Origin: Candidatus Methanomethylicia archaeon
Lineage (GTDB): Archaea > Thermoproteota > Methanomethylicia > CALHIW01
Direction: 5' to 3'
Length of the DNA: 64,000 nucleotides
NCBI GenBank assembly: GCA_038845975.1
Contig: JAWBQF010000010.1
Span: forward strand, 1-64,000
Shown here: positions 32,220 through 42,066 of the stretch, piece by piece
Layout: every line of letters starts with the position of its first letter
How positions within the stretch are numbered: the first letter of the stretch is position 1
Translations under genes and position numbers: made by a program
Notes under the pieces: model-generated
Seen by the model: only the letters and a program-made list of their open reading frames with translations
What the model was told of the DNA's origin: nothing
The model's database searches: none

Positions 32220-33002
32220 ATGGCTGAGGCTTGGCAGTGGATAATTGATCAGACAACACTTTTAATGATTTTAAGAATAATTATTACAATTGTATTGGCC
32301 TATTTAATAGTTAAATTTTTAGAATTTATTCTTTCAAGACTCTCACATAAACATATTATAAGCTATGAGGATGCTAAAAGGATAGATGCTATAACTACAG
32401 TATTTGTATATGTAGTTACAGCCATAACTATAATTTCAATAGTTACATGGTCTGAAACCATAATATATACTCTAGTAGGATTGTTGTTAATAGCTAGTGG
32501 TATAGCATTATATTCAATTAAAGACATCATTGGAAACTTAATAGCGTATTATGGCATAATATCAGTTAAAAATGTAAGAATTGGAAACATCATAGAAATA
32601 AACAATGAGAGGGGAGTTATTAAGGGAATAACTCCAACACATATTGAGGTATATATAAATGAGGATAAAACCATACAAGTTCCAAATATTGAAATATTTC
32701 AAAAACCAATACTGATATATAAGGCACCCCATACAGTTAAACTTAAAGTTAAAATGAATAGACTAATTGAATTTGCAAATATTGAGGAGAATTTGAGAGA
32801 CATATTATCAAACTATAAGGAAATAGTTAAGACAAAGAGTCCAATAGTACATGTTAGGGAAGTTAATGATAAAAGCTTTGAATGCATATTAACAGTTTAT
32901 GTTGAAAACCCAATGAAAAAGGAGAAGGTATTTTCAGATATTGCAAAAATTCTAACCGAGAAATTGCAAAATTCAATAATAAACATTGAAAACATAGAGT
33001 AG
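32220..33002 (+). CDS. MscS-family mechanosensitive channel
   Basis: Three TM helices, KDIIGNLIA, IGNIIEI, VPN. Confidence 0.8.
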   Translation: MAEAWQWIIDQTTLLMILRIIITIVLAYLIVKFLEFILSRLSHKHIISYEDAKRIDAITTVFVYVVTAITIISIVTWSETIIYTLVGLLLIASGIALYSIKDIIGNLIAYYGIISVKNVRIGNIIEINNERGVIKGITPTHIEVYINEDKTIQVPNIEIFQKPILIYKAPHTVKLKVKMNRLIEFANIEENLRDILSNYKEIVKTKSPIVHVREVNDKSFECILTVYVENPMKKEKVFSDIAKILTEKLQNSIINIENIE

Positions 33003-33117
33003 CTAGACAATTTAAGGATCATAGCTAGCATTATGATAGCTATAGTAAGGTACTATGAACTTTAAATATTGAAATGGAAATTGTAGTTAATGGCTTACGT
33101 TTATAAGACAATAATAG

Positions 33118-33167
33118 GGACCTGGCAACTTAAGAATAAAGCTACAATATGCTAAGTTGCCACGTCT
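33118..33167. mobile_element. 50-bp mini-TIR element (family A)
   Basis: GGACCTGGCAACTTAAG...CTAAGTTGCCACGTCT; flanks AATAATAG / GATAATAA. Confidence 0.85.
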
Positions 33168-33175
33168 GATAATAA

Positions 33176-33905
33176 GGCTTTGTTAACTTAAGCATGTTTT
33201 ATCACCTCTATTTTTGGTATTATGTTTTCTATGAATTCTTAGCTTTTATTTCCTATTAATCCATGTTTGTTCAGTATGTATATTATTGATTTTAAGCATT
33301 AATGCATGCTTACAATCACATCTATCCTTCATGCACGGTATGTAGTTATCGAATAGCTTAGTTCTATCCTATATACTGTATTATTCTCTCCATTAGATTC
33401 TTAACCTCTAAACTATACAATTCATGTTTTAATTTTAATATTCTACTGCTTTATAATAATGAGCCCCATCACTTAATACAACTATATTAGAACCATAAAT
33501 AGCTCTAATCTTTTTAAGGAATGTTAGAGATGTAAGCATGTTGCAACATCACAAACCCATACATATAGAATCCTTCTTAATAATGGCTCGAATGCAACAT
33601 AAACAACCTTACTCTTAAAACCTACTTATAATAGTATCATCAACCATAACAATTCTAACATCCCTCCTATCAAAATCAATAGAAGATTAAGATAAACCAC
33701 GATAATATAGATACATAACTCCTAACAATAATGAAGCTTAGAATATCTGAAGCCATTCTAGAAGAACATGAACGAAAATATATATAAGCACCATAAACAA
33801 CTAGAATAAATGGAGTTCTCTCCCTAACAAACTTAACAACTTTAACCATAGATTCACCATAAATAAGGGAGAGAACTCCCAAATAAATCTAAAGTTAACA
33901 AAGCC
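33176..33905 (-). mobile_element. Full-length IS6-family element with inactivated transposase
   Basis: Perfect 14-bp TIR GGCTTTGTTAACTT; perfect 8-bp TSD GATAATAA. Frameshifted minus-strand fragments YGAYIYFRS..S.R, IVMVDDT, VLSDGAHYY, NLMER..DRTKLFDNYIPC match the archaeal IS6 DDE pattern. Confidence 0.9.
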
Positions 33906-33961
33906 GATAATAATATAGTTAGGTTTAAATACTACATTTTCGATATAAAGCAGGTGATACT

Positions 33962-34111
33962 GTGAAGGGATTACTTGTATGTCCGAATTGTGGTTTTCAA
34001 TTTGAGATAAGTTATGGAAGAACATTTGCATGTGGTGGGTGTAGATATTCAGTAACTGGAAGCTGTAATATGGCTAAGTGTCCTAAATGTGGATATGAGT
34101 TTAATATATAG
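33962..34111 (+). CDS. 49-aa Cys-rich zinc-ribbon protein (absent from ORF track)
   Basis: AGGTGA SD plus GTG start; MKGLLVCPNCGFQFEISYGRTFACGGCRYSVTGSCNMAKCPKCGYEFNI. Confidence 0.8.
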   Translation: MKGLLVCPNCGFQFEISYGRTFACGGCRYSVTGSCNMAKCPKCGYEFNI

Positions 34112-34118
34112 TATCATT

Positions 34119-36347
34119 TTAGGAGATATGTGGTGGTAGTATTTTTGCTTCAGCTGCTGTTCTTGAGTATCTTCTTGCAAACGATTCGTAGAAGGCTACT
34201 TCTTGCTGTGATAATGGTCTAATTCCCTTAAGAGCTTCTTCAAAATGCTTCATACGTATCTTAAGCTCACTAAGACTATTCTTTAAATCCTTCTGATTAC
34301 CATACTCTAATAGAAACTCTCTTATTGCAAGCATAGCAGCATTACTACATACAGAAGCTATATCAGCACCCGTTGCTCCTTTAAGCCTACTTATAAGAGC
34401 ATCTATACTAACATCTTCAGCAAGAGGTTTACCCCTTAGATGTATTGAAAGTATTTCCTTAATTGCTTCAGTATCTGGTAGAGGTACATAAATTAGCTTA
34501 TCGAACCTTCCAGGTCTTAAAAGTGCTGGATCAATTATATCTGGTCTATTAGTTGCAGCTATTACAACAACATTCCGAAGATCTTCAATACCATCAAGCT
34601 CAGTAAGCAACTGACTTACTATTCTCTCAGTAACATGAGAATCCCCTAGTCCTGAACCGCGCATTGGAGCTATAGCATCAATCTCATCAATAAATACCAC
34701 ACAAGGAGCTGCCTGTCTAGCTTTTCTAAATATTTCTCTTACTGCTTTCTCGCTTTCACCAACCCATTTACTAAGTATTTCAGGCCCTTTAATAGATATG
34801 AAGTTTGATTCGCTTTCATTAGCTACTGCTTTAGCTAGTAATGTTTTACCAGTACCCGGAGGACCATAGAGAAGAATACCCTTAGGAGGTTTTGTATTCA
34901 TATGTTGAAATACTTCAGGATATTTTAGAGGCCACTCAACAGTTTCCCTAAGTATCTGTTTAACATCCTCTAATCCACCTATATCACTCCATTTTACATT
35001 TGGAATCTCAACCATTACCTCACGTAGTGCTGATGGTTCAACATCCTTTAATGCTTCAAGAAAGTCATTCATTGTAACCTTCATCTGATTAAGAATTTCC
35101 GCCGGTATAACTTCTGCTTCAAGATTTATTTTTGGTAGGAATCTTCTAATAACTCTCATAGCAGCCTCCTTACATAGATGAGCTAAATCCGCTCCAACAA
35201 AACCATGAGTTAAATCTGCAAGTTTCCCAAGATCAACATCGTCTGCTAAAGGCATATTCCTAGTATGTACGTGTAGTATTTCTAATCTAGACTGTCTATC
35301 AGGTACTGGAAACTCTATCTCCCTATCAAATCTTCCAGGTCTACGTAGTGCTGGATCTATAGCGTTAGGTCTATTAGTTGCTCCTATAACGACAACTTTA
35401 CCACGTGGCTGAAGACCATCCATTAATGCAAGAAGCTGAGCAACAACTCTTTTCTCAACTTCACCGGTAACTTCCTCTCTTTTAGGAGCTATAGCATCGA
35501 TTTCATCAATAAATATTATGCTTGGAGCTGTTTCCTGAGCCTTCCTAAATATTTCTCTTAATCTCTCCTCACTTTCACCATAGAACTTACTCATAATTTC
35601 AGGTCCACTAATACTATAGAAGTTAGCATTTGTTTCATTAGCTACTGCTTTAGCTAGTAATGTTTTACCAGTACCCGGAGGACCATAGAGAAGAACGCCC
35701 TTAGGTGCTTCTACACCAAGTCTTTCAAACAATTCAGGATGTCTTAGAGGAAGCTCAACCATTTCCCTAATCTTCTGTATTTGCTCTTTTAAGCCTCCAA
35801 TATCCTCATATGTTATTCTGGGTAATCCTTCAGGTAAGGCTTTAACAGGCTCCTCACTAATGACTATTTCAGTACTTGAGGTAACAACTACAGCATCCGC
35901 GTAGGGTTTAACGTTTACTACCATAAGCTCAACCTTCCTACCCATAATCCCTACAGGTATGTAGTCGCCTCGAGTAACAACTCTTCCTTCAAGAAGCTGA
36001 GCTAAATACTCCTCACCACCAACAATTCTTAAAGGTTCTGTTGGTGCAAGTACTACTCTCTCAGCTTGCTTAGCTACCGCCTTTCTCACAGTAACCTTCT
36101 CATCAAGACTCACATTAGCGTTCCTCCTAGTATAGCCATCAATTCTAATAATTCCCTTACCATAGTCTTCACTGTATCCAGGCCAATTTATTGCAAATGT
36201 TCTTCTCTTGCCAATAATTTCTATGACGTCGCCAGCAGATAGTTTAAGCTCCTCTACAACCATCGGATCTAATCTTGCAATGCCTCTTCCAACATCTCTT
36301 GGATGAGCATTCTCCACTCTCAAAACAACATGCTTCCTCTCACTCAT
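34119..36347 (-). CDS. cdc48: CDC48/VAT family AAA+ ATPase
   Basis: N domain ([10 protein letters not shown]) and two AAA domains with [25 protein letters not shown]. Confidence 0.97.
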   Translation of the reverse strand: MSERKHVVLRVENAHPRDVGRGIARLDPMVVEELKLSAGDVIEIIGKRRTFAINWPGYSEDYGKGIIRIDGYTRRNANVSLDEKVTVRKAVAKQAERVVLAPTEPLRIVGGEEYLAQLLEGRVVTRGDYIPVGIMGRKVELMVVNVKPYADAVVVTSSTEIVISEEPVKALPEGLPRITYEDIGGLKEQIQKIREMVELPLRHPELFERLGVEAPKGVLLYGPPGTGKTLLAKAVANETNANFYSISGPEIMSKFYGESEERLREIFRKAQETAPSIIFIDEIDAIAPKREEVTGEVEKRVVAQLLALMDGLQPRGKVVVIGATNRPNAIDPALRRPGRFDREIEFPVPDRQSRLEILHVHTRNMPLADDVDLGKLADLTHGFVGADLAHLCKEAAMRVIRRFLPKINLEAEVIPAEILNQMKVTMNDFLEALKDVEPSALREVMVEIPNVKWSDIGGLEDVKQILRETVEWPLKYPEVFQHMNTKPPKGILLYGPPGTGKTLLAKAVANESESNFISIKGPEILSKWVGESEKAVREIFRKARQAAPCVVFIDEIDAIAPMRGSGLGDSHVTERIVSQLLTELDGIEDLRNVVVIAATNRPDIIDPALLRPGRFDKLIYVPLPDTEAIKEILSIHLRGKPLAEDVSIDALISRLKGATGADIASVCSNAAMLAIREFLLEYGNQKDLKNSLSELKIRMKHFEEALKGIRPLSQQEVAFYESFARRYSRTAAEAKILPPHIS
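34814..35695. repeat. Perfect 63-bp direct repeat (34814-34876 and 35633-35695) within cdc48
   Basis: TTTCATTAGCTACTGCTTTAGCTAGTAATGTTTTACCAGTACCCGGAGGACCATAGAGAAGAA is identical in both Walker A regions. Confidence 0.9.
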
Positions 36348-36355
36348 ATAGACAC

Positions 36356-36862
36356 CTAATCTATTTTTATTTCAAATCCTTTAGGTTTAGGAATACTTTT
36401 AAGCTTGAACTTAACTTCAAGAATACCATTATTATATGAAGCTTTAGCTGTTGATGGATCTATATCATAGGGGAGATCTATATCAATACTATACCTTCTA
36501 AGTTTACCGTCAGCACTTATAGATAGTAGATTCTCTGTAGAGCTTACTTTAATCTCCTCCTTTGAAACACCAGGCATTTCAACTAGAACCGTTAATATGC
36601 CTTCCTTTTCATCAATGGCTGTTTCATAGTACGGTGTTCTAATATTGGATTCTGAAACTGGTAGTTTAACATTACCGAAACGTCTAATAACTGGATATCC
36701 TTCAGGAGTGAAGGATATACTTAAGCCATACATGTATGGCCTTTTAAACGTTGTAAATGCTGCTTTACCTATACGACGTATCCTCCGCTCAATAGCATTC
36801 TCAATTTCATCAATCATTCTAAATATAGAGTTAAAGATCCTTTCAAAATCTTCACTAAACAC
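36356..36862 (-). CDS. hsp20: Archaeal small heat shock protein Hsp20
   Basis: PYMYGLSI..PEG.P.IRRFGNV, EMPGV, AKASYNNGILEV, C-terminal IKI. Confidence 0.92.
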   Translation of the reverse strand: MFSEDFERIFNSIFRMIDEIENAIERRIRRIGKAAFTTFKRPYMYGLSISFTPEGYPVIRRFGNVKLPVSESNIRTPYYETAIDEKEGILTVLVEMPGVSKEEIKVSSTENLLSISADGKLRRYSIDIDLPYDIDPSTAKASYNNGILEVKFKLKSIPKPKGFEIKID

Positions 36863-36984
36863 TATCTCACCTAACTAGAGATAGAAAAATAGGTATATAT
36901 AAATTTTTTCCCTTAACAATTCATGAATGCTATCTCAAAATTTTAGAGTAAGATTTATATATAGCTTTTTATGATAGTACCAAT

Positions 36985-37635
36985 ATGGAGGATATAATAT
37001 CGATAATTGCGAACCCGGAAAGAAGAAAAATAATTAGATTACTTACAGAAAAGCCTAGATATTTTCTTGAATTAGCTAGGGAGCTTAAAATTTCGCAGCA
37101 ATCACTACATATACACTTAAATAAACTAGTATCTATAGGTGTAATTAAAAGCTATATTGTTAAAAGCCCTTACGGTCCATATAGAAAATACTATGCTTTA
37201 AACAGTGATTTCTGTATTGAACTTAATGTTTTAAATGGATTATATCATATTAATATATGGAATCCCATTAAGGAGTTCAATGGTGTTAATGATTTAAAAG
37301 ATCTTGAACAGCTTATTGATAACATAGAGAAGGAAAGCGATCTAATTAAATCATTAAGGTTAACTAATACCGTATTAAGAGAAATAAATAGAAGACTTAA
37401 TGAATTAAATATGAGGAGACTTTACTTAATAAATTTAATGGCTAAGGCTAGACGTAAAGCCCTCGAGATAATTGATAAGCTTAACGTTAATTATGTTGAG
37501 AGGAAAATTCTAAAAGATACTTTAGGTTCAGACCCAGAAAAAATTGATGAGTTAATTGATAAAATATTTACTGAGGAAATTGAACTTATAACTAGAGAAT
37601 TAAAGAGTAAAATTTGTAAAATATTTGGCTTATAA
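36985..37635 (+). CDS. ArsR-type heat-shock regulator (Phr/HSR1-like)
   Basis: IANPERRKIIRLL..P.Y..EL HTH, GPYRKYY, coiled C-terminus; divergent from hsp20-cdc48. Confidence 0.8.
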   Translation: MEDIISIIANPERRKIIRLLTEKPRYFLELARELKISQQSLHIHLNKLVSIGVIKSYIVKSPYGPYRKYYALNSDFCIELNVLNGLYHINIWNPIKEFNGVNDLKDLEQLIDNIEKESDLIKSLRLTNTVLREINRRLNELNMRRLYLINLMAKARRKALEIIDKLNVNYVERKILKDTLGSDPEKIDELIDKIFTEEIELITRELKSKICKIFGL

Positions 37636-37946
37636 CATTAAATCTAATAATTGTTTACTTCAACTTAGTAGATAATAATTTTGCTATAAAGAAAATTACT
37701 ACAGAAGATAACGATTTTATTTCTCTTCTATTGGTTACTGGCCATTTGTTTACATCGATGGTTAAATATTTATTGTAAAGTTAACTAGCTATCCTAATAA
37801 CACTTTCATATATTGTAGATTAAGACAGTAAATATTATTCACCAGGATAAATGAGCTGGGATAATAAAAGTTTAATCAGTACCTTAAAAATTAAGTCTTC
37901 TTTGCCTTCTTTTAAACGTATGGGAACCCATAGAGAGATTAATATG

Positions 37947-38207
37947 CTAAGTAGATTGCTTACTCCATATAACTTCACCAGAAATTTTAGCTATTCTCAC
38001 TATTCTATGATGGGGTATATATTTCTCCTCATGATTTTTCCTTATTATAATGCTTCCTGGTCTTAGCTCTGAAATATCTGTAAAAAGTACTTTCTCAACA
38101 TTGTTTCTATGATCTCTACTTATAAAGTAGATTTCGATATCGCTAATTCTATATTTCCCTGACCATTTAATCTCATTAAGTATGTCTCTTATTCTTAGCC
38201 TCCCCAT
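37947..38207 (-). CDS. DUF504 / MJ1316-like small protein
   Basis: IRDILNEIKW, YIPHHRIVRI..GEVIW. Confidence 0.8.
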   Translation of the reverse strand: MGRLRIRDILNEIKWSGKYRISDIEIYFISRDHRNNVEKVLFTDISELRPGSIIIRKNHEEKYIPHHRIVRIAKISGEVIWSKQST

Positions 38208-38974
38208 TATAACACCGAGAAAATAAATAGAACTAATGATAGCAAGAATAGAAGTAGCCAGATCCTTAAATTCGATTGGAACAATTTCCCACCATCAAAC
38301 ATCGGTAGTGGAAGTAAATTAAATAGTGCAAGAAACGAATTTATTGTGAGAATATAGAATCCATATACACTTAATGCTTTAATAAAATTCATTATGATTA
38401 AACCTATAAATGCAATAACTATGTTTGTTAATGGACCTGCTGAAGATATTTTAGCTTCAATTCTCCTCGTAATATATGGACCCCAAATCACTACAGCTCC
38501 GGGAGCTACAAATCTAATAGGTAAAGCTACTGATAATAAAGATATTAAAGCCAACATAGGATTAATACGGAATTCAGCTTGTAAGCCGTGCTTCTGAGCA
38601 GCTAGCTTATGAGCTACTTCATGAACTATAAATCCTAAAAGTACAGCTACAACTATGGGTGGAACTACAGTTAAATTTTTACCCCATGAAAAAATCAAGC
38701 TGACTATAAGCATAGCAACTCCTAAATGTTTAAGCTCTGTCTTTGAGAAATGGAAAGTTATTAGTTGCCTAATAATTGATGGCCTCTCATAAATTAATGG
38801 TTTAAACTCAACCCTAAACTCAGGTACTCCTCTTCTCAACCCAGGACATTGATGATTCTCCGGTAAACGATGAGTAGAACAGAAAACTCCACCACAATAC
38901 GAACATGTGAAAGGAAAAGATTCAATAGCCCCACATACTTGACACTCCCTACGTTTCTCCACACTAAACACCAA
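38207..38974 (-). CDS. AN1-type zinc finger fused to M50 (site-2) intramembrane metalloprotease
   Basis: [28 protein letters not shown]; HEVAH; AGPLTN; FNLLP.P.FDG. Confidence 0.88.
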   Translation of the reverse strand: MVFSVEKRRECQVCGAIESFPFTCSYCGGVFCSTHRLPENHQCPGLRRGVPEFRVEFKPLIYERPSIIRQLITFHFSKTELKHLGVAMLIVSLIFSWGKNLTVVPPIVVAVLLGFIVHEVAHKLAAQKHGLQAEFRINPMLALISLLSVALPIRFVAPGAVVIWGPYITRRIEAKISSAGPLTNIVIAFIGLIIMNFIKALSVYGFYILTINSFLALFNLLPLPMFDGGKLFQSNLRIWLLLFLLSLVLFIFSVL

Positions 38975-39027
38975 TTAAACAGTAAGATATTCAATAGTAA
39001 ACATATATATACTTTACTTAATAACTA

Positions 39028-39083
39028 TGCTTTGTGAACTTTAGATGTGAAAGCTATGTAATTGATGTCTTAAGTTAACAAAC
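39028..39083. mobile_element. ~56-bp mini-derivative of the IS6 element (family B)
   Basis: GCTTTGTGAACTTTAG and CTTAAGTTAACAAA match the two ends of the IS6 copies; flanks ATAACTAT / ACAACTAC. Confidence 0.65.
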
Positions 39084-39591
39084 ACAACTACCAAATCAAT
39101 CAACTCAGCATGAACGCTACCTTACTTCCTACAGCATTAGCTAGTGACCGCTAAGCCACGCTATTTCACAACATACTGTAGTATCCTTAACTTTTAATGT
39201 TAAAAGTAAGAACTTATCTGAGAGAAATTAGTATAAAATCCTAAACATAACCAATATAGAGCCTTGTAGATTCCATTTCTACAATAGAGATTCGTTGAAA
39301 CCTTTTTACCAACATTCATAAATATCGAGTACATCTACATAACCTTAACAACATAATCCTAATAGTGAAGCCCAGGTTTCTAGATATAATGTAATACTTA
39401 TGAAACTATGTTCGGAATATATAGCTTTACTAATAGATTTAGGTTGTTGAAACTCTATGAGAGATAAAAGATAGCAGGTCATAGAATTGCAAGGAACACG
39501 AACAGTATTAATTTCAGATTATTAATACCGGATAGTAATACACTACAGGAAAAAGGTAACTTATTTATATTCTATAGGATAAATCTTAAGG

Positions 39592-40110
39592 GTGAATATG
39601 GTTACACTTCATGAGGTAATTAGGGAAGCCATATTGTCTTTTGGCGGTGTAGCATCCTCTAACGAAATAGCTAAATACATTAATGAGAAGTATCCTAATA
39701 CTTGGAAGAGGAATTCAATAAAGACATGTTTATATTCATGTAGTGTAAATAATCCTTCAGCATATGCTCACCATGCTTCAACACCTAAATTCCTATTTAA
39801 TCATGGCCAGGGAGTTTATGAAATCTATGATCCTAAAAAACATGGAGTATGGAGTAATGGAGTAAAGATTGATGAAACACAGCCTATTCAAGTAAGAGAA
39901 GTATTAGACGCATCTCCTAAAGAAGAAGCTATTGAAACAGAATTAAGTCAAAGTCATGCTGCAAATGAAGTTAGAATTAACCCTGCCGAAACATTAAAAC
40001 CTACAAGAAACGAAGTAGAAAATACAAGTAATAAATTTAGCTTCTTCGATGCTATTAAATCACTTATTGCAAAAATAAAGCTTATAATATTTCTAATATT
40101 TAGAATATAA
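39592..40110 (+). CDS. Hypothetical protein: N-terminal wHTH-like domain, linker, hydrophobic C-terminal helix
   Basis: EIAKYINEKYP..W..CSVN.PS..H..FLF..GQGVYEIYDP..HG; C-terminus FFDAIKSLIAKIKLIIFLIFRI. Confidence 0.65.
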   Translation: MNMVTLHEVIREAILSFGGVASSNEIAKYINEKYPNTWKRNSIKTCLYSCSVNNPSAYAHHASTPKFLFNHGQGVYEIYDPKKHGVWSNGVKIDETQPIQVREVLDASPKEEAIETELSQSHAANEVRINPAETLKPTRNEVENTSNKFSFFDAIKSLIAKIKLIIFLIFRI

Positions 40111-40112
40111 CA

Positions 40113-42062
40113 TTAGGAATAATTGTAAACTAATAGAGAAATATTAATAATAAGAGAGACTGTAATTGCAAGTATTATATTTGCAGCTGTAATTACTAAT
40201 GTTTTTTTAACTCCATATTCTTTTACTAGTGCAGCTAAGGTTGCTATGCATGGAATATAAAGCATTGTGAATATAGTGAAGACAATCATTTGTCTTGGTG
40301 TAAGAACAAGTGAGAAATTCATAGTTCCTGAAGCTTCAGCAAGCATAGCTATTACTAGTTCTTTTCTAAGTATTCCTAGAATTAGTGGTACAACAGTTAC
40401 AGTAGGTAAACCCAGTAAACTACTAACTATTGGTTCAAATTCTTTCTCAATAACATTTAGTAATCCCGTTTCCTCCAAATAGTTTACAAAACCGCTTCCA
40501 ATGATAAGAAGTGGAAATGCAATATATAGAAATTCCTTAATTCTAATGTAGGTTTTTAATAAGATAATCTTAATACTTGGAATTCTAAACGGAGGCATCT
40601 CCATAATTAAACCTATAGCTTCACCAGTAAGCCATAGATTAGCAAGCTTTCCAATAGCGAATACTAAAGCTAGATTCATAATGTATAGGATTAGAGCTAC
40701 ATGTACTCCAATATAGTTACCAACCAAATTTAGGATGATAATTGTTCTTGCTGCACATGGTACAATCGTTATCAGGAAACCTAATATAAGCTTCTCCCTC
40801 CATGACTCCATAATTCTACATCCTATACATGCAGGTACATTACATCCATAACCAAGCAGTAATGGTATGAGTGCCTTACCATGCAGTCCAATTTTATGCA
40901 TTAATCCATCCACTAGGAATGCAGCTCTAGGAAGATAGCCGCTATCCTCCATTATGTATAGTAGTATGTAAAACGGAACAACGTAAGGTATTACGAGAAC
41001 CAGACCAGCTACAAACCCATCTATAAATCCACGTATAACCCTAAACCTCAATGCAGGCAATTCATTAATTAGTACATATAGAAGTTCTTCAAGTAGCCCA
41101 CTTAGATAGCCACCAATGAAAAATATTAGTGAAAACATAGAGGTTAAAACTAATATTAGAATCAAGTAGCCCCAAATCTTATGTGTTGTAATAAGGGATA
41201 GATTTTCAATTAGTGAGGAGGTTGGTGGAGTCTTAACTTTTAAAACTTCATTTGCAATTTTACTTGCTAAGGCGTATCTCTCCGCAGCTATAATGATGTG
41301 TGACGGTTCACCGTGAACTTCTTCAAGCCTGCAAGCTAGAGACTCAGCTAATAGTAATATCTCTCTACCTTCACTAATAGAGTTAAACTTACTAATAACT
41401 TCATTATCTCTTTCTAATAGTTTGACTGCAAGCCATCTTGGAGGATAAGTTCTACATAGGAAGGATGCTTTCTCAGTAATTATATGTCTTAGCTTTTCAA
41501 TAGAATCCTCAACTTCTTTACCATACCTAATTTTTAATGGGTTTAATTTAATTTCTCCTAAAGCCGCTTTAACAGCTATAGATAATGCCTCATCAACACC
41601 TTGCCCGCTTATAGCAATCATCGGTATTACTGGAACACCTAAAATTTCAGAAAGTCTATTAATAGCTATATTTAATCCTCTTTTAGTAGCAATATCTATT
41701 AGGTTTAAGGCTACGACTACTGGAGCTTCAAGCTCCAAGATCTGAATTGTTAGGTAGAGATTTCTTTCAAGTGATGAGGCATCAATAACATTAAGTATAA
41801 TATCCGGTTTTTCAGTAGCAATATATTCTCTAGCAATAACCTCTTCTTCACTATATGCTGAGAGTGAATATGTTCCAGGAAGATCAAGAACTTCAACTAT
41901 ATATGAACCGTATTTAACAATACCTTCAGCTTTCTCAACAGTTTTACCTGGCCAGTTACCGACATGTTGGGCTAAGCCCGTTATTTGGTTAAATATTGTT
42001 GATTTACCAACGTTAGCATTACCTGCAAGAGCAATTTTAATAGTTCTACTTCGATTAGTCAT
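40113..42062 (-). CDS. feoB: Ferrous iron transporter FeoB
   Basis: GNANVGKS, VGNWPGKTVE, DLPG, GYGCNVPA, LYIPCIA. Confidence 0.95.
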   Translation of the reverse strand: MTNRSRTIKIALAGNANVGKSTIFNQITGLAQHVGNWPGKTVEKAEGIVKYGSYIVEVLDLPGTYSLSAYSEEEVIAREYIATEKPDIILNVIDASSLERNLYLTIQILELEAPVVVALNLIDIATKRGLNIAINRLSEILGVPVIPMIAISGQGVDEALSIAVKAALGEIKLNPLKIRYGKEVEDSIEKLRHIITEKASFLCRTYPPRWLAVKLLERDNEVISKFNSISEGREILLLAESLACRLEEVHGEPSHIIIAAERYALASKIANEVLKVKTPPTSSLIENLSLITTHKIWGYLILILVLTSMFSLIFFIGGYLSGLLEELLYVLINELPALRFRVIRGFIDGFVAGLVLVIPYVVPFYILLYIMEDSGYLPRAAFLVDGLMHKIGLHGKALIPLLLGYGCNVPACIGCRIMESWREKLILGFLITIVPCAARTIIILNLVGNYIGVHVALILYIMNLALVFAIGKLANLWLTGEAIGLIMEMPPFRIPSIKIILLKTYIRIKEFLYIAFPLLIIGSGFVNYLEETGLLNVIEKEFEPIVSSLLGLPTVTVVPLILGILRKELVIAMLAEASGTMNFSLVLTPRQMIVFTIFTMLYIPCIATLAALVKEYGVKKTLVITAANIILAITVSLIINISLLVYNYS

Positions 42063-42066
42063 GGGG

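Noticed and set aside
33801-34031. 76-aa minus-strand ORF
   Set aside because: Crosses the IS6 TIR and is antisense to the better-supported Cys-rich gene
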